A DNA stretch of 64,000 nucleotides from a virus. Position numbers and translations under genes: made by a program. Position 1 is the first letter of the stretch; each line of letters begins with the position of its first letter. The DNA lies in the IMG/VR virus record IMGVR_UViG_3300042691_030776. The stretch is one strand, 5' to 3'. The notes beneath the pieces were generated by a model that worked only from the letters and a program-made list of their open reading frames with translations, was not told the DNA's origin and ran no database searches. Below, piece by piece: positions 53,345-64,000 of this stretch.

Positions 53345-56300
53345 ATGGCCAAGACTACTAGACAAACAGCAATATTTGGGGTAGAAGACTGGAAACGGAT
53401 CTACACAACATATCGAGAAGCAGACTTTCAAAGTTATGATTTTGAGACTCTGCGTAAGAGCTTTGTTGATTATATTCGTATCTATTACCCTGAAAACTTC
53501 AATGACTACATTGAATCGTCAGAGTTTGTAGCTCTCTTGGACGTCATGGCCTTTATGGGCCAAGCACTGGCTTTCCGTAACGATTTAAACATCCGCGAAA
53601 ACTTCTTAGACACAGCTGAAAGACGTGATTCCGTGGTACAGCTGGCCAATCTAGTCAGCTATACTCCTAAACGCAATCAAGAAGCACAGGGATATCTCAA
53701 AGTTTTCAACGTTTCAACCACAGAAAATGTTATAGACTACAACGGTCAGAACCTCAGCGGTGTGACCATAAACTGGAATGATGTTACAAACCCCAACTGG
53801 CAAGAACAGTTCACAGTGATCGTGAATGCGGCCTTGGCTGACAGCCAACGATTTGGCAAGCCTGGAGCTACAAAAAACATCCTAGGCATTGAAACCCAGG
53901 AATACAGTTTAAATCTTGTGCCAGGCTACTTACCGATCGTGCCATTTACATCTGAAGTTGATGGCACATCAATGAGTTTTGAAGCTGTGAGTGCCACTTT
54001 CCAAAACGAAGATTATGTGTATGAACCATCGCCACGCCCGTCGGGTATCTTCAACGTGCTGTTCCGTAATGATAGACTAGGCTTTGGCAGTCCCAACACA
54101 GGATTCTTCTTTTATTTTAAACAAGGTTCATTGCAGAATCAAGATTTTAACCTCGGCGAGCGCATTTCAAATCGTGTGGTAGCTGTCAACATTGAAGGCA
54201 TCAACAACGATGACGTGTGGCTATATCAACTCGATGATGTGGGCAACATCCAATACGAGTGGGAAAAAGTGGACAGTATCTACAGTGCGGCAGTAGAACA
54301 GTTAGCACCAGATGCTCGCAAGTTCTTTTCTGTAACATCAAGAACCAACGATCAGATCAACTTGAACTTTGGCGATGGAGTTTTTACTGAAATCCCTGTA
54401 GGCACATTCCGTAGCTATGTCCGTGCGTCCAACGGTTTGCAGTACATCATCAATCCAGAAGAAATGCAGGCCGTACAGATCTCCATCGGTTACGTTAGCC
54501 GTACAGGTAGATTAGAAAACATCACATTCACCTGCGGTTTGAGCCAGCCAGTGAGCAATGCTTCTGCTAGAGAAACAATCGCTGCCATCAAGCAACGTGC
54601 TCCTGCTCGTTACTACACACAGAACCGCATGGTCAACGGTGAAGACTATTCAAACTTACCTTATACATTGTTTGGTACGATCATCAAATCCAAAGCTGTG
54701 AATCGTAGTTCCATTGGTACCAGTAGATATCTCGATCTAGTAGACATCACCGGAAAATACTCGTCTACCAACATATTTGGTAGCGACGGCCTGATTTGGG
54801 AAAATACTGCCAGTCCAAGTTTTACATTTACTTTTGTTGATCAAAATGACATTGCCAACGCTATCATCAATGAAGTAGAACCTGTGCTTGGAAGTCGCGG
54901 AATGTTGGAGTTTTACTATCAGAACTTCCCTCGCCCAAGTCTGACTACATTGAACATTGAATGGCAACAAAGTACCACTGCTGCCAACGAAACCACAGGT
55001 TATTTTAAATTCAAAGCCAGCGGTGCGCCAGCACCTATTGGGCCCCAGACCAGCGACAACAAAAAATACATGGCGCAGGGATCCTTGATCAAGTTTGTTC
55101 CGCCAGCTGGTTATTACTTTGATCAGAACAACAGATTAAAACTAGGTGTGCCTTCACAGCCCAATGACAAGTTGGTGTTGTGGGCCACGGTCAGCGCACT
55201 GGTATTAGACGGAACCAACTTTGGTAATGGAAACTTTCCAGACGGAGTTGGCCCTGTCACGCTCAACAACTTTATACCCACAGATGCTGTTCCTGTGCAA
55301 GTCATACCTAAATTTGTGACAGATTTGCCAACCACGGTTGAGCAGTCAATGACTGAACAAATAGAACTGTATAGAAATTTTGGTATTGGATTTGACAATC
55401 TAACATCAACTTGGTATGTGATCACTTCCAACAACTTGGATGCAGATACCACATTTAGTTTGGCTTATGCGCAGGATCAGTCAGGTCAAGGGCTTGACAA
55501 CTCTTGGTTGGTAGCATTCACTACAGATGGCGTGACTTACACAGTGACCTATCGTTCACTGCAACGATTCTGGGGTAGCGTGTTGCAGACACGTTTCTTC
55601 TACGATGGATCACAGCGTGTATATGATCCACGCACAGGTACTGTAATCAACGATTTCATCAACTGCCTCAAGACCAATAATCTTCCAGACGTGAGCTTGC
55701 CACAGAACTCAGACATCGTCATGGACATCATCGGTCAGCCTATCGAAAGCGATGGCTATGTCGATGATTTCCAAGTGCGCATCAGTTTCAAAGACTTTGA
55801 CAATGATGGTGTTGCTGACGACCCTGACTACTTCCAAACCATTGTGGCTCCCACTGTGAATCCTTCCAGCAAGTATGTGTTTTTCCAACGTACAGTAGAC
55901 TTTGACAATCTTGAACGCTACTTACCGTTGAATGCCGGAGAAGTTATCAGCGAGTATCAAACCAAAGATCAGATTGAACTGGTCAAAGCAGAATACGCAG
56001 ATGGACAGTATTTCTATGCCACCAATGAGTTGGCATTCTACGAGCTCGACATTGCCTTCAACGGTGTAAGAACACTGAGCCAAGTCACAGATTTGTTGGC
56101 CAAAGTTGGTCGCCAAGATCTAGCATTCCAGTATCGTCACAACGCACCATTGAGTCGCAGGATCGATCCTGGTTCATCCAACATTATTGACTTGTATTTG
56201 GTCACACAGGCCTATTACACAGCCTACCAAAACTATATCAAAGATTCAACAAACACAGTGCCCGAGCCTAGCCCGCCGACCATTGATGAGCTGTCAGCGT

Positions 56301-56752
56301 CCTACAACGGGCTACAAAAGTACAAAATGATTTCAGACAACGTGATCCTTAACTCTGTAGTATTCAAACCATTGTTTGGTGTCAAATCTCCTCCTGAACT
56401 ACGAGCCACACTCAAAGTGATACGTAGTTCAAACTCTGTGGTCAGTGTCAGCGAAATCAAGAGTCGCATGGTTGCCGCTCTTAATGAATATTTTACCATT
56501 GACAAATGGGATTTTGGGTTGACCTTCTATTTCTCAGAGCTGGCTGCTTATCTACACAAAGAGTTAGGGGACATTATTTCCACAGTGGTATTGGTTCCAC
56601 AAGATCCTCTAAAGAGCTTTGGTGACCTGTATGAGATACGTAGCCAACCCAATGAAATATTTGTCAACGCTGCCACTGTGACAGATATTGAAGTGATTGA
56701 CGCATTGACCAGCAGTGAATTGAGAACCGCTCCCAACAGTGGTGTTGTATAA
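53345..56752 (+). CDS. gp6: baseplate wedge protein (gp6-like)
   Basis: DFETLR, FNDYIESSE, ENFLDTAERR.SV..LA..VSY.PKR, FGDG and ETI..IK.RAP..YYTQNRMVNGEDY motifs; late promoter CATAAATA at 53321-53328. Confidence 0.88.
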   Translation: MAKTTRQTAIFGVEDWKRIYTTYREADFQSYDFETLRKSFVDYIRIYYPENFNDYIESSEFVALLDVMAFMGQALAFRNDLNIRENFLDTAERRDSVVQLANLVSYTPKRNQEAQGYLKVFNVSTTENVIDYNGQNLSGVTINWNDVTNPNWQEQFTVIVNAALADSQRFGKPGATKNILGIETQEYSLNLVPGYLPIVPFTSEVDGTSMSFEAVSATFQNEDYVYEPSPRPSGIFNVLFRNDRLGFGSPNTGFFFYFKQGSLQNQDFNLGERISNRVVAVNIEGINNDDVWLYQLDDVGNIQYEWEKVDSIYSAAVEQLAPDARKFFSVTSRTNDQINLNFGDGVFTEIPVGTFRSYVRASNGLQYIINPEEMQAVQISIGYVSRTGRLENITFTCGLSQPVSNASARETIAAIKQRAPARYYTQNRMVNGEDYSNLPYTLFGTIIKSKAVNRSSIGTSRYLDLVDITGKYSSTNIFGSDGLIWENTASPSFTFTFVDQNDIANAIINEVEPVLGSRGMLEFYYQNFPRPSLTTLNIEWQQSTTAANETTGYFKFKASGAPAPIGPQTSDNKKYMAQGSLIKFVPPAGYYFDQNNRLKLGVPSQPNDKLVLWATVSALVLDGTNFGNGNFPDGVGPVTLNNFIPTDAVPVQVIPKFVTDLPTTVEQSMTEQIELYRNFGIGFDNLTSTWYVITSNNLDADTTFSLAYAQDQSGQGLDNSWLVAFTTDGVTYTVTYRSLQRFWGSVLQTRFFYDGSQRVYDPRTGTVINDFINCLKTNNLPDVSLPQNSDIVMDIIGQPIESDGYVDDFQVRISFKDFDNDGVADDPDYFQTIVAPTVNPSSKYVFFQRTVDFDNLERYLPLNAGEVISEYQTKDQIELVKAEYADGQYFYATNELAFYELDIAFNGVRTLSQVTDLLAKVGRQDLAFQYRHNAPLSRRIDPGSSNIIDLYLVTQAYYTAYQNYIKDSTNTVPEPSPPTIDELSASYNGLQKYKMISDNVILNSVVFKPLFGVKSPPELRATLKVIRSSNSVVSVSEIKSRMVAALNEYFTIDKWDFGLTFYFSELAAYLHKELGDIISTVVLVPQDPLKSFGDLYEIRSQPNEIFVNAATVTDIEVIDALTSSELRTAPNSGVV

Positions 56753-56754
56753 AC

Positions 56755-59700
56755 ATGGCAAACACAAGAATTAGAACAGTAGATTTTTTACCAGAGATTT
56801 TCCGCACGGCTACCAATCGCCAGTTTCTCAGCGCGACTCTAGATCAGCTGGTACAAGACCCCAAGCTCAAACCTACACAAGGATATATTGGACGCAGAGT
56901 AGGACCTGGTGTTAACCCCAATGACAACTATGTTCTAGAACCTACCAAAACAAGAACAGATTATCAGTTGGAACCAGGTGTGGTGTTTTTAAAACCCAAC
57001 ACCAACACTGTTGAAACAGCGGTGACATATCCAGGCTTGATTGATTCGATCAAAGTCAAAGGTGGCAATGTATCAAGACAAGACAGACTCTGGGAAAGCG
57101 AATACTACAGCTGGGATCCGTTTGTTGATCTTGACAAGTTTATCAACTTCAGCCAATATTATTGGCTGCCCGGTGGACCTGATTCTGTAGACGTATTTGC
57201 TGATCCTATTCCGCTGACCGATGATTACACTGTCACTCGTAACGCCACAAACTATGAGTTCAGTGGTGTACCTGGACAGAATCCAACCATCACATTGGCC
57301 AGACAAGGCACCTACGAATTCAATGTACAACAAACTGGCCATCGTTTCTGGATACAAGCAGTTCCAGGAATATCAGGAACATTGCCTCAAACTCCTAACC
57401 AGAGCAGTAGAGAAGTGCTGGGTGTAATCAACAACGGCGATGACAATGGAACTATCACTTTCAATGTTCCAGAGAAGTCTGCACAGAACTTTTATTATAC
57501 ATTGGCTGATGCTGGTTCGGTGTCATTTGCCACAAACATTGACTTTGATCAGATCAATAATCAATACGTATCCGAGTTTTTGAGAAACTATGGTGGCATT
57601 GATGGCGTCACCGATCTTGATGGCCGCACAGTTATTTTCTTAGGTGATTCGGGTTGGTTCTTTACAGGACTATATGATAGTCCAGGTCAGCCCTATGATA
57701 CTGTACCATTTGATGAAACGATAGAAATCACTCTAGATTCTCAAAAGTATTCTGTATGGCGAATCACGTATGTCTATGATGACCCTACCAATCCTTATAT
57801 CAAACTCACAGTAGATCGTCCAGTCAACAACCTTAGTCGACTGTTGATAGAATACGGTACGCAGTATTCAAATATCAGCTTTTATAAAACTGCATCAGGA
57901 TTTTTTGAGCGTATACCACTGATCACAGCCAATCTTGACGTGCTGTATTATCAAGATCAAGACAATCCAGCCTTGTTTGGACTGATTAGACTGGTTGATA
58001 ATCCTAATACTGCTCCTATCGTTGTACAAGACGAAAGTATTCCCAGCGTAAGATTAATCAATGCCAACATCAATGACACTGTGTTGACCTTTACCACGGC
58101 CATTGGCGGAGCACTATTGCCAGGTATGGTTCTCAGTGGCGGAGGCGTCACTGACGGTACGTATCTTGTGAGCTCTCTGGGCGACAACACTTGGTTACTG
58201 AATCAAACAGCCACAGGACAACCAAACGTAGCTCAAATAGTTGATATCATCGGAGCAAGATATTATACCAGCCCCAATGGTGTGGTATTTTCCAATGGTC
58301 TCAAAGTGCAGTTCCAAGGACCAACTGTGCCCGCCAGCTATTCAGGCAACACCTATTATGTCGAAGGAGTTGGAGCGTCAATACAACTGCTGCCAGTTGA
58401 AAACTTTATCACTCCTGAAACCTACACAAGATCAACCACAGTTCCCTATGATTCGACTCCGTATGACGCAACACCATTTGATGATTCGTTAAATGCGCCA
58501 TTGGACACAGACTATCTCACGATCAACCGCGCCAGCCAGGATCAAAATGCTTGGAGTCGTAGCAATCGCTGGTTCCACGTTGACATCATCAATGCCACAG
58601 CTGAATACAATGGCACTGTGCCATTCCTAGACAATCGATATCGTGCTAAAAGACCAATCATAGAGTTCATTGCCAATCTTAAACTGTTTGATTATGGCAC
58701 TGAAGCCATAGCCCCAGTCAACATCATCGACTTCAGAGAAACAGATGCGTTGAGTAATATCAATGGTACCATTGGCTATAGTGTGGATGGATATGCGTTT
58801 GCCAACGGCACACGGGTTATTTTTGCCGCAGATATCGATCCCGAAGTGCGTAACAAAGTCTATGAAGTTCAGTTCATATTGCCCACTGGGTCAGGTGTGC
58901 CAATCATTGATTTGCAACCTGCTGATTTGAATTCACCAGATCAACTCTACGGTCAGAATACCATTATCACCAGCGGTATCACGCAACAAGGAAAGAGTTT
59001 TTGGTACAATGGCATCACCTGGGTCCCAGCACAACAAAAAACCGGTGTTAATCAAGCACCGTTGTTTGATGTGTTTGACGGCAATGGTTTTAGTTTCAGC
59101 GACAGATTGGTTTATCCAGGAACATCGTTCACGGGCACTAAACTTTTCAGTTATGCCATCGGTGAAGGCGTCACCGACAAAGTCATTGGGCAGCCTCTGA
59201 AATATCTCACAATCAACAACGTTGGAGACATTGTATTTGATAACAATCTTTACATTGATGAGTTTACCTACGTTGAAGATACAATCACAGTTACAGAACA
59301 GATTGGCACAGGTTTTGTAAGACAATACTACAGCCGTCTTGAGTTTGACAAGTTAATAGGTTGGACCACAGCATATACCACTGTGACATCTCGACAAGGA
59401 TTCTCTTTCACTTACACTGGTGATCCACTGGTAATTGATGTTCCAGTAAACACCAACAGTACCGCAGTACCGATAAAAGTGTTTGTCGACGCTATATTTT
59501 TAACCACAGACAACTACACCTACGAGATCAAACCAAACAACAGCACTGTTATTACATTTATAAATCCACCTCCGTTGAATTCTTCTATAGAAGTTTCCAT
59601 AGTCAGCGATGTGGCCAGCCCAACTGGATTCTACAGTGTTCCTTTGAATCTTGAAAACAATCCTCTAAACAGTCAAGTCACTGAGGTCACACTGGGCACG

Positions 59701-62700
59701 GTTAGAAACTACTACGGCAGTATCTGCCAGAATCTTCGTACGTTCTCGGGAATCATCAACGGCCAAAACAACACACGAGATCTTGGAAACCTTATTCCTT
59801 ACGGTGATACCATCATACAAAACAGTGCGCCTGTGACCCTGACTGCGTTGTTCGCTAATAATACACAGTATGATTTTTTCCGAGCCCTGGAGTTTTCGGC
59901 AAGAGAATACGAAAAATATAAAAATCTTGTGATGGATGCAGTGGTCAAAAACAACTTCCAAAATATGACCGCGGCCGAGATACTTGATGATTGTATGACC
60001 ATCATCAACTTTGGTAAAAACGAACTGTCACCATTTTATTTTACTGACACAGTTCCTTCGGGAGAAACCTTCCAAGAAACAAACTACACAGTGACACCTA
60101 TCACCGGCAATACTTTTGACACACTGTATAGCTATAACTTTACCGAAGCAAACTATCGTGCAATCCTAGTTTATCTCAATGGTCGCCAACTCTTGGGCAA
60201 TGGCATTGAGTACACAGTGGCTACAGATGGTCCACGAGTGACAATAGACGTTCCGTTACAACTTGGCGATGTTGTTACGCTAAAAGAATATACACTGACT
60301 GTTGGAAACTTTGTTCCTTCGACACCCAGCAAACTAGGATTATACCCTGCGTATGTTCCTGAAATGTTTATAGATGACACTTATGTTGATCCAACTCCGG
60401 TGATTAGAGGTCACGACGGATCAATCACAGTGGCTTACCAGGATATCCGCGATGAAGTATTACTTGAGTTTGAAAAGAGAATCTACAATAATCTTAAGTT
60501 AGTGGGCAACCCTGTTCCTTTGGTCTACGAAGATGTGTCACCAGGTGAGTTCCGTCGAACAGATTACACTCCAGAAGAAATCACGCAAATAATGAGTGTG
60601 AGCTTCTTGGCCTGGGTTGGTACAAATAAACTTAACTATCGTGAACAAGAATACAACGCCAATAACCAGTTCACTTGGAACTATAGTTCATGCCAGAGCA
60701 AACTAAATGGTACAGAGTTGCTGGGCGCCTGGAGAGGTATCTACAACTATTTTTATGACACCGATGCTCCCAACACCAGACCATGGGAAATGCTGGGTAT
60801 TTCGGAAAAACCCGCATGGTGGGAAGAACAGTATGGCCCTGCACCTTATACTTCAGGTAACTTGGTGCTGTGGGAAGATCTTGAAGCTGGTCGCGTGATG
60901 GATCCTGCAGGATCATATATCATTGAAAAATATATACGTCCTGGCTTGACACAAGTTATACCAAGTGATTCAGAAGGTGCCTTGTTGTCGCCATTTGAAG
61001 TTGTTGTGGGCGAGTATGCTCCCAACAGTTTCCGCAAGAGTTGGACAGTGGGCGATGATGGTCCTGTGGAAGCCTCTTGGCAAAAATCCAGTGCCTGGCC
61101 ATTTGCAGTGATGCGCTTGCTGGCGTTGACCAAACCTGCACAGTTTTTTACATATTTTGAAGACCGAGATGTATATCGATTTGATCCCACTCTCGACGAG
61201 TTTGTGTATGCTGGAAGATCTCGCTCGAAGCAGTCAGTTGAGTTAGAAATATATGGTCAAGGCGCAGCCAAACACAGCTACGTAAACTTTATTGTTGATT
61301 ACAACAAACTACAAGGCCGAGACAGCACTGCTGAGATCGCCGAGGCACTAAACTGGATTGATGTAAGATTGTGTTACCGTATGGCTGCTTTCTCTGACAA
61401 GCAGTACATCAAGATCTTTACTGAAAAATCTAGCCCCAACAGCTTGAATACAAGTCTTTTATTGCCAGACGAAAGTTATCAGATCCTGCTTTATAAAAAT
61501 CCAACCATGGATTCTTTGGTATGGAGCTCTGTAGTGATACAAAAGACTGAGCTTGGTTATGCGGTTTATGGATATTCAACTACTAGACCATACTTTGAAA
61601 TACTGACCAGTATTCCCAATGGCAACTATCGTACAATCACCGTGGCCGATAAATCAGTGAGAGTTCTCAACGATTACAGCAACACAGTGGTACAAATACC
61701 TTATGGGTACGAGTTTATTGGCATCAACTCTGTGGCAGACTTCTTGATGAGCTATGGTGCTTTCTTGACAAGACAAGGTATGACTTTTGAAGACCAAGAT
61801 AGAGGTCGTATCTTGAACTGGAGCCAGATGGTCCAGGAGTTTATGTATTGGAGTCAGCAAGGCTGGGCTCCTGGCAGTCTGATTAATATCAATCCTGCGG
61901 CCAATGTATTGAATGTTGTCAAACCTGGGCTAGTGGCTGAACCACTGAGTACAGTTGCTCCCGAAGATATCCTGCTCAATCAAAACAAAGAACCTCTGCA
62001 GTCGCAAGACTACGTGGTAGAACGTTTTGAGAATGATCTTACTCTGCGCGGAATCAACAACAACACATTCAGCTATCTATCGGCCAAGTTTACAGAGTTT
62101 GAGCACATCATCATTATTGACAATACCAGTGTGTTCAATGATTTGATCTATGATCCAACCACGGGCGCAAGACAGAGCCGTTTGCTGTTCACAGGCTATA
62201 CTACCTATGAATGGAACGGTAGTTTAGATGCCCAAGGCTTTATCCTTAACCAAGATAACATACAAGAATGGTCACCAAATAGAAGCTACACTAAAGGGCA
62301 GATCGTCAAGTACAAGGATGCCTACTGGTCAGCAGTAAAAATCATTCCTCCCAGTGAGAAGTTTGATTTTGAGTTTTGGCTCAAGAGTGATTATGCACAG
62401 ATACAAAAAGGTCTGTTGCCCAATGCCGCTACCAAAGCAGAACAAATACGTGGGTTCTATAACACTAACCAAGCTAACCTTGAACGCGATGCTGATCTTT
62501 TTGCATTTGGTCTGATCGGATTCCGACCACGTCGCTACATGCAGAACTTAAACTTGGATGACATCAGCCAAGTTAATCTTTACAGCCAGTTCCTGGGAGT
62601 CAAAGGTACCACACAGGCCACAGACATATTCACCAAGGCTAATCTTGGTAAAGAAGTTGCTGAATATGAAATATTTGAAAACTGGGCAATACAAAGATCC

Positions 62701-64000
62701 ATCTACGGTGCCAATGCCAATCGCAGTTACTACGAGCTTAGACTCAACGAAGCCGATCTCTTGGGCAACCCGTCGACCATAGAAATCATAGAACCTCAAC
62801 AGTTCAGTGAAGCTGATCAGACAGTGCTAGTGAGTGAGATTTGGAAACAGAGCTACCCAATAACCAACACAGACATACTGCCTACTACGTTCTTGAACGC
62901 AACAGATATACAATATCCCAGTGCTGGATATGTCAACTGGGATGACGCTGATATCAAGTTGTTTAACTTCACTGATCTTGACGCGATTATCAACGACATT
63001 GAAAACATCTACGTTGGAACTAGCGTATGGGTAGCCAAAGATAATGCTTATGACTGGAATATCTATCGAAACAATCTTGTACTATATTCAGTTGCACAGG
63101 TACGAGACAACCTAAACGGAACTTGTACAATACAGTTTGCAGGACAGCACGGACTCAGTGCCAATCAAAAAATAGTGATCAAGTATTTTGGCCAAGGAGT
63201 GGATGGAGCATACACTGTGATATCTACTCCTAGTCTGACCACAATCACTGTGGCTCTTACATTGGGTGGTGCCGTGACTCAGATCACAGGCACCGGCATC
63301 TGTTTTGTACTTGAAACCATGCGTGTACGCCAGGCCGCAGATGTTTCTACCCTGATCTATGCCAATAGCTTGTTGCCTGGTAACCGTGCCTGGGTAGATG
63401 ACGATGGCACCGGACACTGGGTAGTGTACGAAAAGATCAATCCATTCACAGCCACACCTGGAATAGTACCTTCAGAACCAGTGATCAGTTCAAGATTTGG
63501 CGCTGCCATATCTCAAGGTTTTGGTGGCCTGGCCGCATTGGTAGGCGCACCTGGATACAATGGGGATGTTGGTGCAGTTTACACATTCACTAAAGGTGGC
63601 ACAGTTGATTATGTAGAGACTGGTGTGTTGACCATGGGTGCGGCAAACTTTGTAAACTACGGTGCCGCTGTGGCATCTGGTGGCAACCAATGGGGTGCCA
63701 TAGGCGCAGGCAACTCCTGGGCTAAACAAGGATACGCAGCCACAGTTAATCGTAACACTAACTCAGGTGATTTTATCCAAAGTCAACTGCTGACCGAAGT
63801 TCCTTACCGACTTTATCAAGTCACCAGTACCGGATTGGCCACATATACTCCAACTGGGGTATCTCTTACCAACCCAGATACTGTCAGCATAGTTGTCAGT
63901 GACGTGGTCAAAGTCAGAGGTGTTGATTACAACATCATTGGTTCGACTGTGGTATTCTTACCGGGCAAGATTCCTACTGCTGGCCTGCAAGTTAATATTT
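56755..64000 (+). CDS. very large baseplate wedge/structural protein (gp7-like position), truncated by the window end
   Basis: ATG 2 nt after the gp6 stop; reads MANTRIRTVDFLPEIFRT...YQLEPG...DKFINFSQYYWLP; omission from the ORF track is consistent with no stop before 64000 (>2400 codons). Confidence 0.8.
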   Translation, partial: MANTRIRTVDFLPEIFRTATNRQFLSATLDQLVQDPKLKPTQGYIGRRVGPGVNPNDNYVLEPTKTRTDYQLEPGVVFLKPNTNTVETAVTYPGLIDSIKVKGGNVSRQDRLWESEYYSWDPFVDLDKFINFSQYYWLPGGPDSVDVFADPIPLTDDYTVTRNATNYEFSGVPGQNPTITLARQGTYEFNVQQTGHRFWIQAVPGISGTLPQTPNQSSREVLGVINNGDDNGTITFNVPEKSAQNFYYTLADAGSVSFATNIDFDQINNQYVSEFLRNYGGIDGVTDLDGRTVIFLGDSGWFFTGLYDSPGQPYDTVPFDETIEITLDSQKYSVWRITYVYDDPTNPYIKLTVDRPVNNLSRLLIEYGTQYSNISFYKTASGFFERIPLITANLDVLYYQDQDNPALFGLIRLVDNPNTAPIVVQDESIPSVRLINANINDTVLTFTTAIGGALLPGMVLSGGGVTDGTYLVSSLGDNTWLLNQTATGQPNVAQIVDIIGARYYTSPNGVVFSNGLKVQFQGPTVPASYSGNTYYVEGVGASIQLLPVENFITPETYTRSTTVPYDSTPYDATPFDDSLNAPLDTDYLTINRASQDQNAWSRSNRWFHVDIINATAEYNGTVPFLDNRYRAKRPIIEFIANLKLFDYGTEAIAPVNIIDFRETDALSNINGTIGYSVDGYAFANGTRVIFAADIDPEVRNKVYEVQFILPTGSGVPIIDLQPADLNSPDQLYGQNTIITSGITQQGKSFWYNGITWVPAQQKTGVNQAPLFDVFDGNGFSFSDRLVYPGTSFTGTKLFSYAIGEGVTDKVIGQPLKYLTINNVGDIVFDNNLYIDEFTYVEDTITVTEQIGTGFVRQYYSRLEFDKLIGWTTAYTTVTSRQGFSFTYTGDPLVIDVPVNTNSTAVPIKVFVDAIFLTTDNYTYEIKPNNSTVITFINPPPLNSSIEVSIVSDVASPTGFYSVPLNLENNPLNSQVTEVTLGTVRNYYGSICQNLRTFSGIINGQNNTRDLGNLIPYGDTIIQNSAPVTLTALFANNTQYDFFRALEFSAREYEKYKNLVMDAVVKNNFQNMTAAEILDDCMTIINFGKNELSPFYFTDTVPSGETFQETNYTVTPITGNTFDTLYSYNFTEANYRAILVYLNGRQLLGNGIEYTVATDGPRVTIDVPLQLGDVVTLKEYTLTVGNFVPSTPSKLGLYPAYVPEMFIDDTYVDPTPVIRGHDGSITVAYQDIRDEVLLEFEKRIYNNLKLVGNPVPLVYEDVSPGEFRRTDYTPEEITQIMSVSFLAWVGTNKLNYREQEYNANNQFTWNYSSCQSKLNGTELLGAWRGIYNYFYDTDAPNTRPWEMLGISEKPAWWEEQYGPAPYTSGNLVLWEDLEAGRVMDPAGSYIIEKYIRPGLTQVIPSDSEGALLSPFEVVVGEYAPNSFRKSWTVGDDGPVEASWQKSSAWPFAVMRLLALTKPAQFFTYFEDRDVYRFDPTLDEFVYAGRSRSKQSVELEIYGQGAAKHSYVNFIVDYNKLQGRDSTAEIAEALNWIDVRLCYRMAAFSDKQYIKIFTEKSSPNSLNTSLLLPDESYQILLYKNPTMDSLVWSSVVIQKTELGYAVYGYSTTRPYFEILTSIPNGNYRTITVADKSVRVLNDYSNTVVQIPYGYEFIGINSVADFLMSYGAFLTRQGMTFEDQDRGRILNWSQMVQEFMYWSQQGWAPGSLININPAANVLNVVKPGLVAEPLSTVAPEDILLNQNKEPLQSQDYVVERFENDLTLRGINNNTFSYLSAKFTEFEHIIIIDNTSVFNDLIYDPTTGARQSRLLFTGYTTYEWNGSLDAQGFILNQDNIQEWSPNRSYTKGQIVKYKDAYWSAVKIIPPSEKFDFEFWLKSDYAQIQKGLLPNAATKAEQIRGFYNTNQANLERDADLFAFGLIGFRPRRYMQNLNLDDISQVNLYSQFLGVKGTTQATDIFTKANLGKEVAEYEIFENWAIQRSIYGANANRSYYELRLNEADLLGNPSTIEIIEPQQFSEADQTVLVSEIWKQSYPITNTDILPTTFLNATDIQYPSAGYVNWDDADIKLFNFTDLDAIINDIENIYVGTSVWVAKDNAYDWNIYRNNLVLYSVAQVRDNLNGTCTIQFAGQHGLSANQKIVIKYFGQGVDGAYTVISTPSLTTITVALTLGGAVTQITGTGICFVLETMRVRQAADVSTLIYANSLLPGNRAWVDDDGTGHWVVYEKINPFTATPGIVPSEPVISSRFGAAISQGFGGLAALVGAPGYNGDVGAVYTFTKGGTVDYVETGVLTMGAANFVNYGAAVASGGNQWGAIGAGNSWAKQGYAATVNRNTNSGDFIQSQLLTEVPYRLYQVTSTGLATYTPTGVSLTNPDTVSIVVSDVVKVRGVDYNIIGSTVVFLPGKIPTAGLQVNI

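Noticed and set aside
1-64000. Stop-codon reassignment (alternative genetic code)
   Set aside because: Core genes are full length under code 11, and TAA, TGA and TAG all serve as stops

Overview
This 64-kb window is the virion-morphogenesis region of a large T4-like (contractile-tailed) dsDNA phage using the standard genetic code. It holds tail tube and sheath, neck (gp13/14/15-like), a mosaic cluster of fibre genes, the head module (portal, protease, scaffold, major capsid), a tape-measure-like protein with a C-terminal M15-type peptidase motif, gp46/gp47, a gp55-like late sigma factor and a baseplate operon. The baseplate operon ends in a >2400-codon gene that runs off the window and is absent from the ORF track. 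Accessory genes include a DEDDh exonuclease, SGNH protein, dNMP kinase, HNH-like protein, NUDIX hydrolase and several glycosyltransferase-like proteins. Most notable unexplained signals: (1) a ~430-nt densely base-paired, pseudoknotted non-coding region directly 3' of a minimal stand-alone GIY-YIG nuclease gene; (2) a double slippery site that probably fuses the gp26-like chaperone to a start-less -1 ORF; (3) a coupled three-gene cassette (CPY-motif protein, aminoacyl-tRNA-protein-transferase-like GNAT, DUF6614-like); (4) a TAA(A/G/C)TA late-promoter motif repeatedly placed 5-7 nt before start codons, implying leaderless mRNAs, plus a T4 e/soc-style RBS-occluding hairpin. All family assignments come from motif recognition by eye; no database searches were run.
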